This document shows, piece by piece, positions 1-8,733 of a DNA stretch of 32,000 bases; the stretch's first letter is position 1; the number at the start of each line of letters is the position of its first letter. Position numbers and translations under genes: made by a program. The DNA comes from Methanopyrus kandleri AV19 (GTDB taxonomy: Archaea > JAADCQ01 > Methanopyri > Methanopyrales > Methanopyraceae). Under the pieces are notes generated by a model. It was not told the origin of the DNA, made no database searches, and saw only the letters and a program-made list of their open reading frames with translations. Location: the NCBI RefSeq assembly GCF_000007185.1, contig NC_003551.1:960001-992000 (forward strand), read 5' to 3'.

Positions 1-126
1 TCTCTTACGCTCCTCCGCCTCTTCCTCCTCCCTCTTCTCCTTCTTCCTACCTTTCTTCCTGGGAGGAGAGGATATGAAGAAGTCGAGTTTCCTGGATTTG
101 GGGACGGGTCGAGTCACGTTCACCAC
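1..126 (-). CDS. Possible 5' part of a divergent gene running off the left edge (K/R/E-rich hypothetical protein); start codon uncertain (GTG at ~126 or ~123)
   Basis: Reverse complement reads openly as ...VVNVTRPVPKSRKLDFFISSPPRKKGRKKEKREEEEAEERKR; the frame is closed upstream by a TAA. It is too short to appear in the ORF track. Confidence 0.35.
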   Translation of the reverse strand, partial: MVNVTRPVPKSRKLDFFISSPPRKKGRKKEKREEEEAEERKR

Positions 127-188
127 CCCTACTGACGGGTGTTCGCCCCTTTAGGAATTACCCGTTTTCGCTGCGGAGGTAGCCAGAC

Positions 189-1070
189 ATGGTGATGGTG
201 GAGAGGGTGGTACAGGCCCTTCCGGAGATGGAACCCGAGGATTTCAAGGTCCTACGAGCCCTCGAGCTGGAGATGCGCAGGCACGATTGGGTCCCGTTCG
301 ATCGACTGCTCGAACGCACCGGTCTCGACGAGAAGGAGCTAGGCTACCGTCTGTCCAGACTCGATCGTTGGGATATGGTCGTCCGAACGCGACGGCAAAC
401 GGTCGGGTATCTAGGTTACCAACTGCGTCCCGAAGGGTACGACGCCCTCGCCCTCCGGGCGCTCGTGGACCAAGGCGTGTTGGAAGGACTCGGCCCGGAG
501 ATCGGGGTGGGAAAAGAAGCTGACGTGTACTTGGGCATCTCCCCCAAGGGCGCGCAGCTGGCCGTCAAGTTCAATCGAATCGGTCGTACCAGTTACACTA
601 AGATCAAACGGTACCGTGAGTACGTGAAGGATAAGCGTCACATCTCGTGGCTTTACGTTAATAGACTCACGGCCGAGCGTGAGTTCGAGGCGCTTTTACA
701 CCTGTACCCTGAGGGCGTTTCCGTCCCCAGGCCCGTCGCTCAGAACAGACACGTACTCGTGATGGAACGCTTCGAGGGACGGGAACTCGCGGAAACTCGG
801 GTGGAAAACCCCGAGGCGGTCTTGAACCGGGTGCTCGAGGAGTACGAACACGCCCTCGAGGTCGGCGTGGTTCACGGGGACCTGAGTCAGTTCAACATAG
901 TCGTCGAGGGCGACGACGTGCTGCTCATCGACTGGGCGCACTGGGTCGAGGTATCCCACCCCTCGGCCCGTGAGCTCGTCGAACGCGACGTACGGAACGT
1001 ATGCGACTACTTCCGCCGGAAATACGGCGTTCACAGGCATCCGCGGGAGTTCTTCGAGAATTCCGGATGA
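189..1070 (+). CDS. rio2: RIO2-family atypical serine/threonine kinase (N-terminal winged helix plus RIO kinase domain)
   Basis: N-terminal wHTH-like region (VLRALELEMRRHDWVPFDRL), glycine loop GVGKEADVYLG, catalytic VVHGDLSQFNIVV and metal-binding LIDWAHWVEVSHPSA. Confidence 0.9.
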   Translation: MVMVERVVQALPEMEPEDFKVLRALELEMRRHDWVPFDRLLERTGLDEKELGYRLSRLDRWDMVVRTRRQTVGYLGYQLRPEGYDALALRALVDQGVLEGLGPEIGVGKEADVYLGISPKGAQLAVKFNRIGRTSYTKIKRYREYVKDKRHISWLYVNRLTAEREFEALLHLYPEGVSVPRPVAQNRHVLVMERFEGRELAETRVENPEAVLNRVLEEYEHALEVGVVHGDLSQFNIVVEGDDVLLIDWAHWVEVSHPSARELVERDVRNVCDYFRRKYGVHRHPREFFENSG

Positions 1071-1107
1071 GGAGGCTTACGGGGATCGAGGCGCGCCGAT
1101 GAGAGGG

Positions 1108-1128
1108 TGGCCCGTTACCGACGGGCCA
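1108..1128 (+). other. Perfect 8-bp stem-loop (TGGCCCGT-TACCG-ACGGGCCA) in the long leader/intergenic region
   Basis: Arms are exact reverse complements with a 5-nt loop; it lies 38 nt after the RIO2 stop codon. Confidence 0.6.
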
Positions 1129-1209
1129 TTACACGTCGCGATGGGGGATAACGTTCCCCGATGAATTCGACAGGGTACAACACCCGGGCCACTCTCGCAA
1201 CCGTAAAAA

Positions 1210-1239
1210 GAGCTAGCCTGGGAAGCTCCGCCGGGGGCT
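1210..1239 (+). promoter_or_regulatory. Candidate alternative-stem translational control element upstream of the polyferredoxin gene
   Basis: GAGCT(1210-1214)/AGCTC(1224-1228) competes with AGCTCC(1224-1229)/GGGGCT(1234-1239, one T-G pair); the latter sequesters the GGGGG Shine-Dalgarno 10 nt before ATG 1247. Confidence 0.3.
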
Positions 1240-1246
1240 CGCGCTC

Positions 1247-2146
1247 ATGCCGATCGAGATCGATATGGACTCGTGTTTGCTGTGCGAAGCGTGCGTCGCA
1301 GCGTGTCCCACGGGTGCTATCCGCCGCGAAGATGGGGACATGAACCACTGTATCGTCTGCGGCGCCTGCGTGAAGGCCTGTCCCGTCGACGCCCTGGAGC
1401 TCGAGGACCTCGAGCGTGAAGTGGACGGAGAGAAAGTGGAACTCAAAAGGATAGCTTGGAAGCCCGAGGAGTGCCACAAGGAGGATCCACCTCAGTGCGG
1501 TGAGGTGTGCCCGCAGGAGATCATGCGGATTGAAGACGGCTATCCGGAGCTCCGCGGATTCTGCGTCATGTGCCTCAAGTGCATGGAAACGTGTCCTATC
1601 GACGCAATCGGCATGAAGGGTGTCGTCGAGCCCAAGTCCGAGCCCCCAGAGCATCCCGAGGATGAGGATGTCTATGTACACCCCGAACGGTGTGTCGGGT
1701 GCACATACTGCCTCCAGGTATGTCCGACCGACGCCATCGAAATGGTGCCGACAGATGCCGAGTTCTTCAAGGCCGAGGAGAACGAGTGGTCGCCCGTTTA
1801 CGTGGACCCGGACACGATGGAGCTGAAGCAGGGCCGGAAGGTCGCCAAGATCGACCCGGAGAAGTGCACTGGATGTACACTGTGCGCCCAGGTGTGTCCG
1901 TGGGGAGCCATTACGGCAGCGCGTGACGTACCGGTTCAGTCCCGCGAAGTCAAGAACGAGATCGACGAGGACAAGTGTGTCGGATGCGGAGTCTGTGCCG
2001 AAGTCTGTCCAGGCGACCTGATCGAGGTCGACGGTGTCGCCAAGGTGCCGGAGAAGTGTCCCGCCTGTAAGCTCTGTGAGCGCGCGTGTCCCGTCGACGC
2101 CATCTCAATCAACGTCTCCTATGAGCGCTCCGGTGAGATGGAGTGA
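1247..2146 (+). CDS. Polyferredoxin with about eight [4Fe-4S] cluster motifs
   Basis: Cys motifs CLLCEACVAACP, CIVCGACVKACP, CHKEDPPQCGEVCP, CVMCLKCMETCP, CVGCTYCLQVCP, CTGCTLCAQVCP, CVGCGVCAEVCP, CPACKLCERACP; GGGGG Shine-Dalgarno before ATG. Confidence 0.92.
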   Translation: MPIEIDMDSCLLCEACVAACPTGAIRREDGDMNHCIVCGACVKACPVDALELEDLEREVDGEKVELKRIAWKPEECHKEDPPQCGEVCPQEIMRIEDGYPELRGFCVMCLKCMETCPIDAIGMKGVVEPKSEPPEHPEDEDVYVHPERCVGCTYCLQVCPTDAIEMVPTDAEFFKAEENEWSPVYVDPDTMELKQGRKVAKIDPEKCTGCTLCAQVCPWGAITAARDVPVQSREVKNEIDEDKCVGCGVCAEVCPGDLIEVDGVAKVPEKCPACKLCERACPVDAISINVSYERSGEME

Positions 2147-2186
2147 GTTTTTTCACCCACCCCACCCGCTCCGCCCGGGGCGAACG

Positions 2187-2981
2187 TTGCGGGTAGGGAC
2201 CTACCTGGTGGATGGCACCCCTCGTCCCGCCGTGTTTCTCGACGACGAGGTCCACGTCTACGACCTTCCCGTGCTCGAATTCATCGAAGTCGTCCACAGT
2301 GACGGGTTGGGTGATCTGGACTACTCTGTGTATCCGCTATCGGAGCTCAGAATAGGTCCCCCAGTTCCGCGGCCTCCTAAGATAATCTGCTTCGGACTCA
2401 ACTACCGTGAGCACGTCGAGGAGTTACGCGAAATGGGAATGGACGTCCCCAGTGAGCCCGTCATGACCATGAAGGCGCCCACCGCGGTAATCGGCCACCT
2501 GGATACCGTTAAGTTACCGAGGGAGGCACGCAGGGTCGATCACGAGCTCGAGCTGGCCGTGGTGATCGGAGAGCGATGTCGTAAAGTGTCTCCTGAGGAG
2601 GCTCGAGACGCCGTTCTCGGGTTCACTATCATCAACGACGTGACGGCTCGTGACATAGAGAAAAGAGAGGGCCAATGGGTCCGAGCGAAGAGCTACGACA
2701 CGTTCGCGCCTTTAGGACCGTGGATCGAAACCGAACTAGAGCCCGACGGACTCGAAATGGAGCTCCGTGTTAACGGCGAGGTGCGCCAGCGTGCTACCAC
2801 CGACGACATGGTTCGGGATCCGTACGAGCTGGTATCTTTCACGTCTAGGGTGATGACGCTCGAGCCCGGTGATATCATCGCTACGGGAACCCCGCCCGGT
2901 GTGGGTCCGATGGAACCGGACGATAAGATCGAGTTGGAAATCGAACGCATTGGCAGGCTCGTACATTACGTAGGACAGTGA
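2187..2981 (+). CDS. Fumarylacetoacetate hydrolase family protein (likely TTG start at 2187; the ORF track frame starts earlier at 2034)
   Basis: FAH signatures: KIICFGLNYREHVEE, MKAPTAVIG, LELAVVIG, GFTIINDVTARD, KSYDTFAPLGPWI, IATGTPPGVGP. Confidence 0.88.
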   Translation: MRVGTYLVDGTPRPAVFLDDEVHVYDLPVLEFIEVVHSDGLGDLDYSVYPLSELRIGPPVPRPPKIICFGLNYREHVEELREMGMDVPSEPVMTMKAPTAVIGHLDTVKLPREARRVDHELELAVVIGERCRKVSPEEARDAVLGFTIINDVTARDIEKREGQWVRAKSYDTFAPLGPWIETELEPDGLEMELRVNGEVRQRATTDDMVRDPYELVSFTSRVMTLEPGDIIATGTPPGVGPMEPDDKIELEIERIGRLVHYVGQ

Positions 2982-3183
2982 ATACCATAGAGACCGCGTG
3001 ACACCGTTTAGCGTCCCCACACAGTTTCTTTACGAACAGAAGAAGCTCCGGGGAGAACTCTCAAAGGTAGCCGCGAGGATCACTGTAAGGAGTATTGGTA
3101 TTATACGTAAGTCGGCAATCCGGTTATTCGTCATCGGGGTAACCTCGGTCGGGTCCGCTCGTCATCTTTGGGGGGTTGGAACC

Positions 3184-3327
3184 ATGACCCGCGAGGACAG
3201 GAGGAAGCCCCCGGGCGTAGACGAGCTCGTGACGGACGTCCTCCGATCCAAGCACTGGCTGGCAGAAGTTCCTAAGGAGATAGTACCACCGAAGCGCAAG
3301 AGACGTGCTAAGGGATTGGGGATTTAG
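3184..3327 (+). CDS. Small basic hypothetical protein (47 aa from ATG 3184); the frame stays open upstream to 2998
   Basis: GGGGGG immediately upstream (3172-3177 region) and the peptide MTREDRRKPPGVDELVTDVLRSKHWLAEVPKEIVPPKRKRRAKGLGI. Confidence 0.55.
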   Translation: MTREDRRKPPGVDELVTDVLRSKHWLAEVPKEIVPPKRKRRAKGLGI

Positions 3328-3346
3328 TACTCACGGTAGCCGCGAC

Positions 3347-4660
3347 TCAGCGACTCAGCGGTGAAGGCTCGAGCAGTCCTAACTCCACTAAATACTCAGG
3401 TTTCGATAGGTGTCTCCGGGCTACGGGAGGTGCCTCGTACGTCACTCCTTCGACCAGCTCTCGAGGTACCTCTACTCCGATCTTCGAGTCCTCCGGAGCC
3501 CGTTCCCCACAACTGCACTTGAACCCTTTTTTCCGTCCTGCCGACTTCATCGACCTCCGACACCGTCCGCACACGGGATTGCGGACCTCTTCCACGCGCT
3601 CCAGTCTCAGCACACGGAGCTTTTCCACGTTCACCGTGCGGGGGTGTTTCGGAGTCTCCGGTCTCAGCGCACCCGCCACACGGATTTCATCGCCGGGATG
3701 TAGTGCCGCCACGACTTCGGTGAGCGGTCGGGCCGGACGAAACGCGGCGATATCTACCCTGACGCCCTCCTCGTCCTCACACCTCACCACGACGTGACCT
3801 CCCGGTATTCGCCTAGGCTCTTCAACGACCGTGAGGTCTAGGACGGGGTTGGAGTAGTCCTCGGCGTCCGCCAACCGATCCACGCGGACGAGGTGCGCAT
3901 CCGTCGCTTGGTTCGATTCGAAGATCTCGTACTCCACCACCGGCTCTCGCGTCTTGATCATATCCGGAGCGACCTCTAGGACGTCCGGTTCCACGGATCT
4001 CACTCCGTAGAGGACGGGACATGGCGTGTTGGGCGTTATGAGCACGTCGCCGTCCCTACTATCCAGATTATCGAACGTTACGGGGAACGTCCTACGGTCG
4101 AACTCTCTGATCGAACTTTCCTCCACACGCCGCTCCGTTCCCCAGTACTTCTCGGCACGGTACGCGATCCCCTCGAACGTGACCTCGTGGTCCTTCCGGA
4201 CGCGGGCGAAGCCCAGGGCCGCAACGGCACCGACGATACCGCGACCTTCTAGGACCACGTTGACGTCGTCGTCGACGCTCTCTTTCACCCTCCCGGGGTT
4301 TAAAATGCGCCGTACCGCCTCCTCGTAGACGGATTCGCAGACCCTCGGCGGCTCACCTTCGCAGACCACCAGACCCGGCCGGGTCTCCGGGTAACCCTTC
4401 CGGACTACCTTCTTAAGTGCACGTAGCACCACCGCTTCGATGTCGACGCTCCACGGTGCTTCCACCGGCAGGGCGACCGCCGCGTTACCCCTAGTCTTGA
4501 ACGGCACGTTCGGATTCAATCGAACTAACAGCGGGCGACCGACGGGTTCCGCACCGGCTTCCGCCAGCTCCGCACGGAGTAAGACGGCCGCGTGGGTGGT
4601 ACATCCCCCGGCGGGTGAGTCGGTGTCATCGAGTGCCACCCAATCCATCGAACGTTCCAC
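3347..4660 (-). CDS. tiaS: tRNA(Ile2) 2-agmatinylcytidine synthetase TiaS
   Basis: N-terminal WVALDDTDSPAGGCTTHAA, RLNPNVPFKTRGNAAVAL; central OB-like region IRVAGALRP; C-terminal Zn-ribbon CGRCRRSMKSAGRKKGFKCSC. Confidence 0.92.
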   Translation of the reverse strand: MERSMDWVALDDTDSPAGGCTTHAAVLLRAELAEAGAEPVGRPLLVRLNPNVPFKTRGNAAVALPVEAPWSVDIEAVVLRALKKVVRKGYPETRPGLVVCEGEPPRVCESVYEEAVRRILNPGRVKESVDDDVNVVLEGRGIVGAVAALGFARVRKDHEVTFEGIAYRAEKYWGTERRVEESSIREFDRRTFPVTFDNLDSRDGDVLITPNTPCPVLYGVRSVEPDVLEVAPDMIKTREPVVEYEIFESNQATDAHLVRVDRLADAEDYSNPVLDLTVVEEPRRIPGGHVVVRCEDEEGVRVDIAAFRPARPLTEVVAALHPGDEIRVAGALRPETPKHPRTVNVEKLRVLRLERVEEVRNPVCGRCRRSMKSAGRKKGFKCSCGERAPEDSKIGVEVPRELVEGVTYEAPPVARRHLSKPEYLVELGLLEPSPLSR

Positions 4661-4674
4661 CCGGGGGTGATCAT

Positions 4675-4869
4675 GTGGTCGTCGGTCAGAAGATATTGGC
4701 GTCGGCCGTCGCCCACCTCCTGCCTTTCTTGGTGGGCGCCGTCGGGATTTACTTCATTCTCACGGCGTCGATGAAGGACGACGAGCACTTGCGCAGGTTA
4801 GGCTTCTTGATCATAGTGATCGGGGGTCCAACGTCGGTACTAGTGTCCATCGCGATAGTCGGGGGGTGA
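4675..4869 (+). CDS. Small membrane protein with two predicted TM helices (GTG start at 4675)
   Basis: VVVGQKILASAVAHLLPFLVGAVGIYFILTASMKDDEHLRRLGFLIIVIGGPTSVLVSIAIVGG preceded by a GGGGG run in the ORF frame; almost adjacent to the next gene. Confidence 0.6.
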   Translation: MVVGQKILASAVAHLLPFLVGAVGIYFILTASMKDDEHLRRLGFLIIVIGGPTSVLVSIAIVGG

Positions 4870-4873
4870 CGGG

Positions 4874-5851
4874 GTGCGGGCCGAGCTCTGTGCGGACCTC
4901 GAGGAGGCTTTGAGGGCCGGAGGCCACGAAGTCGTCCGCATCGAAAGGGCTTGCTTCGACATCTTCGTGCGTACCCGCGATGGTCGCGCTTACATAGTAA
5001 AAGTGTTGATCAACGCCGACGGGCTGCGCCGGGAGGTAGCCGAGGAGCTCAGACGCATTTCGCACTTCTTGGAGGCCGTACCGGTGGTCGTGGCGCTTAA
5101 ACGCCACACCGGCCCGCTGGAGAAAGGCGTGGTCTACCATCGGTACGAAGTCCCCGTGCTCGACCCGCTGACGTTCGCCCGGCTCGTGGAGGGGGAGCCG
5201 CCGAAGGCCGTGGCGGACCGGGGAGGACAGTACGTCGTGATCCGTGCCGACGAGGTGGATGAACTGGACGTATCTAGGGTGCGCCGTCGCCAGCTCCGGC
5301 GTGAGGGCGGTAGGATCACACTAGCACGGGCCGAGGAGGCCGACGTCGAGGGGGTACCGGTGGAGCTCAAGACCCCGGAACACGTGGACACCGGACGCGA
5401 CCGAATGACGCGGTTCGAGCGCCGTGTAGCGGAGCTCTTGGAACGGATGGGTGCCGAACGTACGGGGAAGGTTCGCAGGGCCCCCTTCAAGCTCCTGGCT
5501 AAGGACGGCGAGACCGTGCTGGCACGGGCGGAGGAGGGGGGAGACCGGGAGTCCATAGCTCTCAGGGATGTGGCCAGTGCTACGGGGTCGATGGGTGTGA
5601 TCGTGACTCGAGAGCGTTGCAAAGACACGTACGTGCCCACGATCGACATCGGGACCCTCGAGGAGATCAAGGACCTCGAGGACCTCAAGGAGTACCTCCA
5701 AGAGCGCGATCCGGAGGAGCGTGTGAGACGGCTCGTTGAGGAGGCCGGCATAACGTCCCCGAGGGAGATAGCGCAACGCACCGGGATCCGTGAGTCGGTG
5801 ATACGAGAGTTCCTGCGCAGGATGGGGATCACCGACGAGAGAAAGGTTTAA
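4874..5851 (+). CDS. Putative archaeal HTH-type regulatory protein of the MJ0164/MTH967-like family, with an atypical HTH arrangement
   Basis: Family-like N-terminal half ([40 protein letters not shown]) and repeated nuclease-like-fold half ([32 protein letters not shown]); HTH-like C-terminus [27 protein letters not shown]. Confidence 0.65.
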   Translation: MRAELCADLEEALRAGGHEVVRIERACFDIFVRTRDGRAYIVKVLINADGLRREVAEELRRISHFLEAVPVVVALKRHTGPLEKGVVYHRYEVPVLDPLTFARLVEGEPPKAVADRGGQYVVIRADEVDELDVSRVRRRQLRREGGRITLARAEEADVEGVPVELKTPEHVDTGRDRMTRFERRVAELLERMGAERTGKVRRAPFKLLAKDGETVLARAEEGGDRESIALRDVASATGSMGVIVTRERCKDTYVPTIDIGTLEEIKDLEDLKEYLQERDPEERVRRLVEEAGITSPREIAQRTGIRESVIREFLRRMGITDERKV

Positions 5852-5857
5852 ATATAA
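5841..5857 (+). promoter_or_regulatory. Archaeal BRE/TATA promoter of the thermosome gene (GAAAGGTTTAAATATAA)
   Basis: Strong AT-rich box in GC-rich sequence, 56 nt upstream of ATG 5913; it overlaps the stop codon of the upstream gene. Confidence 0.75.
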
Positions 5858-5912
5858 GTGCTCATCGGTATGCGGATGGACGAAAAGAAGCCGGAAACGG
5901 GGGAGTCCGCGT

Positions 5913-7550
5913 ATGGCGATGCTAGCAGGTGATGGGAGGCAGGTTCTGATCCTGCCGGAAGGTTACCAGCGGTTCGTCGGTCGAGACGCTCAGCGGATGA
6001 ACATCATGGCCGCGCGTGTGGTAGCCGAGACAGTCAGGACCACTCTAGGTCCGATGGGCATGGACAAGATGCTGGTCGACGAGATGGGCGACGTCGTGGT
6101 GACCAACGACGGTGTAACCATCCTGGAGGAGATGGACATCGAGCACCCGGCCGCTAAGATGGTCGTGGAGGTCGCCAAGACGCAGGAGGACGAGGTCGGT
6201 GACGGTACGACCACGGCCGTCGTGCTCGCGGGTGAGCTGCTGCACAAGGCCGAGGATCTACTGCAGCAGGACATCCACCCGACCGTGATCGCACGCGGTT
6301 ACCGAATGGCCGTCGAAAAGGCCGAGGAGATCCTTGAGGAGATCGCCGAAGAGATCGACCCGGATGACGAGGAGACGCTCAAGAAGATCGCCAAGACCGC
6401 GATGACCGGTAAGGGCGTGGAGAAGGCCCGAGACTACTTGGCCGAGCTGGTCGTGAAGGCCGTCAAGCAGGTCGCCGAGGAGGAGGACGGAGAGATCGTC
6501 ATCGACACGGACCACATCAAGCTGGAGAAGAAGGAGGGTGGCGGGCTCGAGGACACCGAGCTGGTCAAGGGCATGGTGATCGACAAGGAGCGAGTGCACC
6601 CGGGTATGCCGCGCCGCGTGGAGAACGCCAAGATCGCCCTGCTGAACTGCCCGATCGAGGTCAAGGAGACCGAGACCGACGCTGAGATCAGGATCACCGA
6701 CCCGGAGCAGCTGCAGGCCTTCATCGAGGAAGAGGAGCGCATGCTGAGTGAGATGGTCGACAAGATCGCGGAGACGGGTGCGAACGTGGTCTTCTGTCAG
6801 AAGGGTATCGACGACTTGGCCCAGCACTACCTGGCGAAGAAGGGCATCCTGGCGGTACGGCGTGTTAAGAAGTCCGACATGCAGAAGCTGGCCAGGGCGA
6901 CCGGAGCCCGCATCGTGACGAACATCGACGACCTGAGCGAGGAGGACCTAGGTGAGGCCGAGGTCGTCGAGGAGAAGAAGGTCGCCGGCGACAAGATGAT
7001 CTTCGTGGAGGGTTGCAAGGACCCGAAGGCCGTGACCATCCTGATCCGCGGTGGTACCGAGCACGTGGTCGACGAGGCCGAGCGAGCCATCGAGGACGCC
7101 ATCGGAGTCGTGGCGGCGGCCCTAGAGGACGGCAAGGTGGTAGCCGGCGGTGGTGCTCCGGAGGTCGAGGTAGCCAGGCAGCTGAGGGACTTCGCGGACG
7201 GAGTGGAGGGCCGCGAGCAGCTCGCGGTCGAGGCGTTCGCCGACGCGCTGGAGATCATCCCGAGGACGCTGGCCGAGAACAGCGGACTCGACCCGATCGA
7301 CGTGCTGGTGCAGCTGCGCGCCAAGCACGAGGATGGTCAGGTGACCGCCGGTATCGACGTGTACGACGGTGACGTCAAGGACATGCTCGAGGAGGGCGTC
7401 GTCGAGCCGCTGCGAGTGAAGACCCAGGCGCTGGCGAGCGCCACCGAGGCCGCGGAGATGATCCTGCGAATCGACGACGTCATCGCCGCCAGGGAGCTGA
7501 GCAAGGAGGAAGAGGAGGAGGAAGAGGAGGGCGGTAGCAGCGAGTTCTAA
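5913..7550 (+). CDS. ths: Thermosome (group II chaperonin) subunit
   Basis: Chaperonin motifs [68 protein letters not shown]; acidic C-terminal tail [14 protein letters not shown]. Confidence 0.98.
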   Translation: MAMLAGDGRQVLILPEGYQRFVGRDAQRMNIMAARVVAETVRTTLGPMGMDKMLVDEMGDVVVTNDGVTILEEMDIEHPAAKMVVEVAKTQEDEVGDGTTTAVVLAGELLHKAEDLLQQDIHPTVIARGYRMAVEKAEEILEEIAEEIDPDDEETLKKIAKTAMTGKGVEKARDYLAELVVKAVKQVAEEEDGEIVIDTDHIKLEKKEGGGLEDTELVKGMVIDKERVHPGMPRRVENAKIALLNCPIEVKETETDAEIRITDPEQLQAFIEEEERMLSEMVDKIAETGANVVFCQKGIDDLAQHYLAKKGILAVRRVKKSDMQKLARATGARIVTNIDDLSEEDLGEAEVVEEKKVAGDKMIFVEGCKDPKAVTILIRGGTEHVVDEAERAIEDAIGVVAAALEDGKVVAGGGAPEVEVARQLRDFADGVEGREQLAVEAFADALEIIPRTLAENSGLDPIDVLVQLRAKHEDGQVTAGIDVYDGDVKDMLEEGVVEPLRVKTQALASATEAAEMILRIDDVIAARELSKEEEEEEEEGGSSEF

Positions 7551-7620
7551 CGCCCCTCTCCCGAACAAACATGCCTTCGCACCAATCGTTTTGGATCACA
7601 TAACGTTTTCGAGGACGCGC

Positions 7621-7887
7621 TCAGCGGAACCCCTTGGCCGCGCTCCACATTAGGAACAACATAATCAGCATCATCGCCAGTGCCAGTACTGCCACGATCA
7701 GTGCCATTTTCGGGGAGCTTCCCACAACTATCGGCACGGGACCGATCAGGATCACTCCGCCCCACTCTCCCCTACCCGAAGCGTTCTTGATCGCTAACAG
7801 GAGGATAGCCAGTGCTGTCAGAACTATGCCCACGAACGTTATCAGCACACCGGCCTTGAGGACGTCCTCGACTCGCAGGGCTATCAC
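7621..7887 (-). CDS. TIGR00304/DUF131-family small membrane protein
   Basis: 88 aa with three hydrophobic stretches and the conserved-type centre GGVILIGPVPIVVGSS. Confidence 0.7.
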   Translation of the reverse strand: MIALRVEDVLKAGVLITFVGIVLTALAILLLAIKNASGRGEWGGVILIGPVPIVVGSSPKMALIVAVLALAMMLIMLFLMWSAAKGFR

Positions 7888-7905
7888 CCCTCGGGGGGCG
7901 CGAGT

Positions 7906-8730
7906 GTGGGGTTGTTCGAGAAGTACGTCTCCAACTTGAACCGCCTTCTGATCCTCACGATGGTGTTCGCTGTGATCTGCGCAGGATCCACCCTCGCCTT
8001 AGGGGTCAAAAAGGGCATTGATCTCAAAGGAGGTACCATGGTGATCCTGAAAACGGAGAAGGATCCCGATACGGTAACTAGCGAGGCTTCGAGGATCCTC
8101 GGCGTGTCCGACGTGGAGGCTATACGTTCCTCCCAAGGCGACGTGATCGTGCAGGTTCCTAAGTATCTGTCGGCAGATGACGTGAATAAACTCGCACGGG
8201 CCGTCGGAGGGGAGGTCGAGTCCGTCCAGACCATCGGACCGGCACTGGGCCGCGTGTTCTGGGAGAGCGTCAAAGTAGCCGTACCACTGGCGCTGGTCGC
8301 GGTCTCCATCGTCGTGTTCGCCATATTCCGGAAACCGCTGCTGAGTGCCGCCGTGCTGGGAGCGCTGGCCTTGGACCTCGTCGACGCGCTCGGACTGATG
8401 GCACTCACGGGCGTACCGCTGACCCTGGCGAGCTTCGCGGGCCTCCTTATGATCATAGGTTACGCGGTCGACAGCAACATACTCCTCTCCATGTACACCG
8501 TGAAGCGTCGCAGGGTCAGGAGGGTCGATCGGGCGATCGCGGACTCGTTTAAGACGGGTATCACCATGGTAGCCACGACCACCGCGGCCGCATGCGCGCT
8601 GTTCTTGCTATCCATGTCGGAAGCCATGTTCGAAATCGCCGCCGTCGTGATCTTCGGGCTAATCGCGGACGTCCTTAACACGTGGATCTTCAACGCTTGG
8701 GTCATCCGCGAGAAGATCGCGGGGAGGTGA
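7906..8730 (+). CDS. secF: Protein-export membrane protein SecF (GTG start)
   Basis: GVKKGIDLKGGTMV, SVEAIRSSQGDVIVQVP-like periplasmic domain, VDSNILLSMYTVKRRR, six-TM architecture. Confidence 0.93.
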   Translation: MGLFEKYVSNLNRLLILTMVFAVICAGSTLALGVKKGIDLKGGTMVILKTEKDPDTVTSEASRILGVSDVEAIRSSQGDVIVQVPKYLSADDVNKLARAVGGEVESVQTIGPALGRVFWESVKVAVPLALVAVSIVVFAIFRKPLLSAAVLGALALDLVDALGLMALTGVPLTLASFAGLLMIIGYAVDSNILLSMYTVKRRRVRRVDRAIADSFKTGITMVATTTAAACALFLLSMSEAMFEIAAVVIFGLIADVLNTWIFNAWVIREKIAGR

Positions 8731-8733
8731 TCT

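Noticed and set aside
1247-2146. Possible selenocysteine or stop-codon readthrough in the polyferredoxin
   Set aside because: All cysteine positions are encoded without in-frame TGA and the ORF is uninterrupted.
5134-5832. Long minus-strand ORF (232 aa) opposite the HTH-family regulator
   Set aside because: Ser/Arg/Thr-rich low-complexity translation typical of antisense frames in GC-rich genes; the plus-strand frame has recognisable family features.
6258-7568. Minus-strand ORFs (189 aa, 165 aa, 148 aa) opposite the thermosome
   Set aside because: Shadow ORFs of a highly conserved chaperonin gene; their sequences are leucine/histidine/valine-rich mirrors without motifs.
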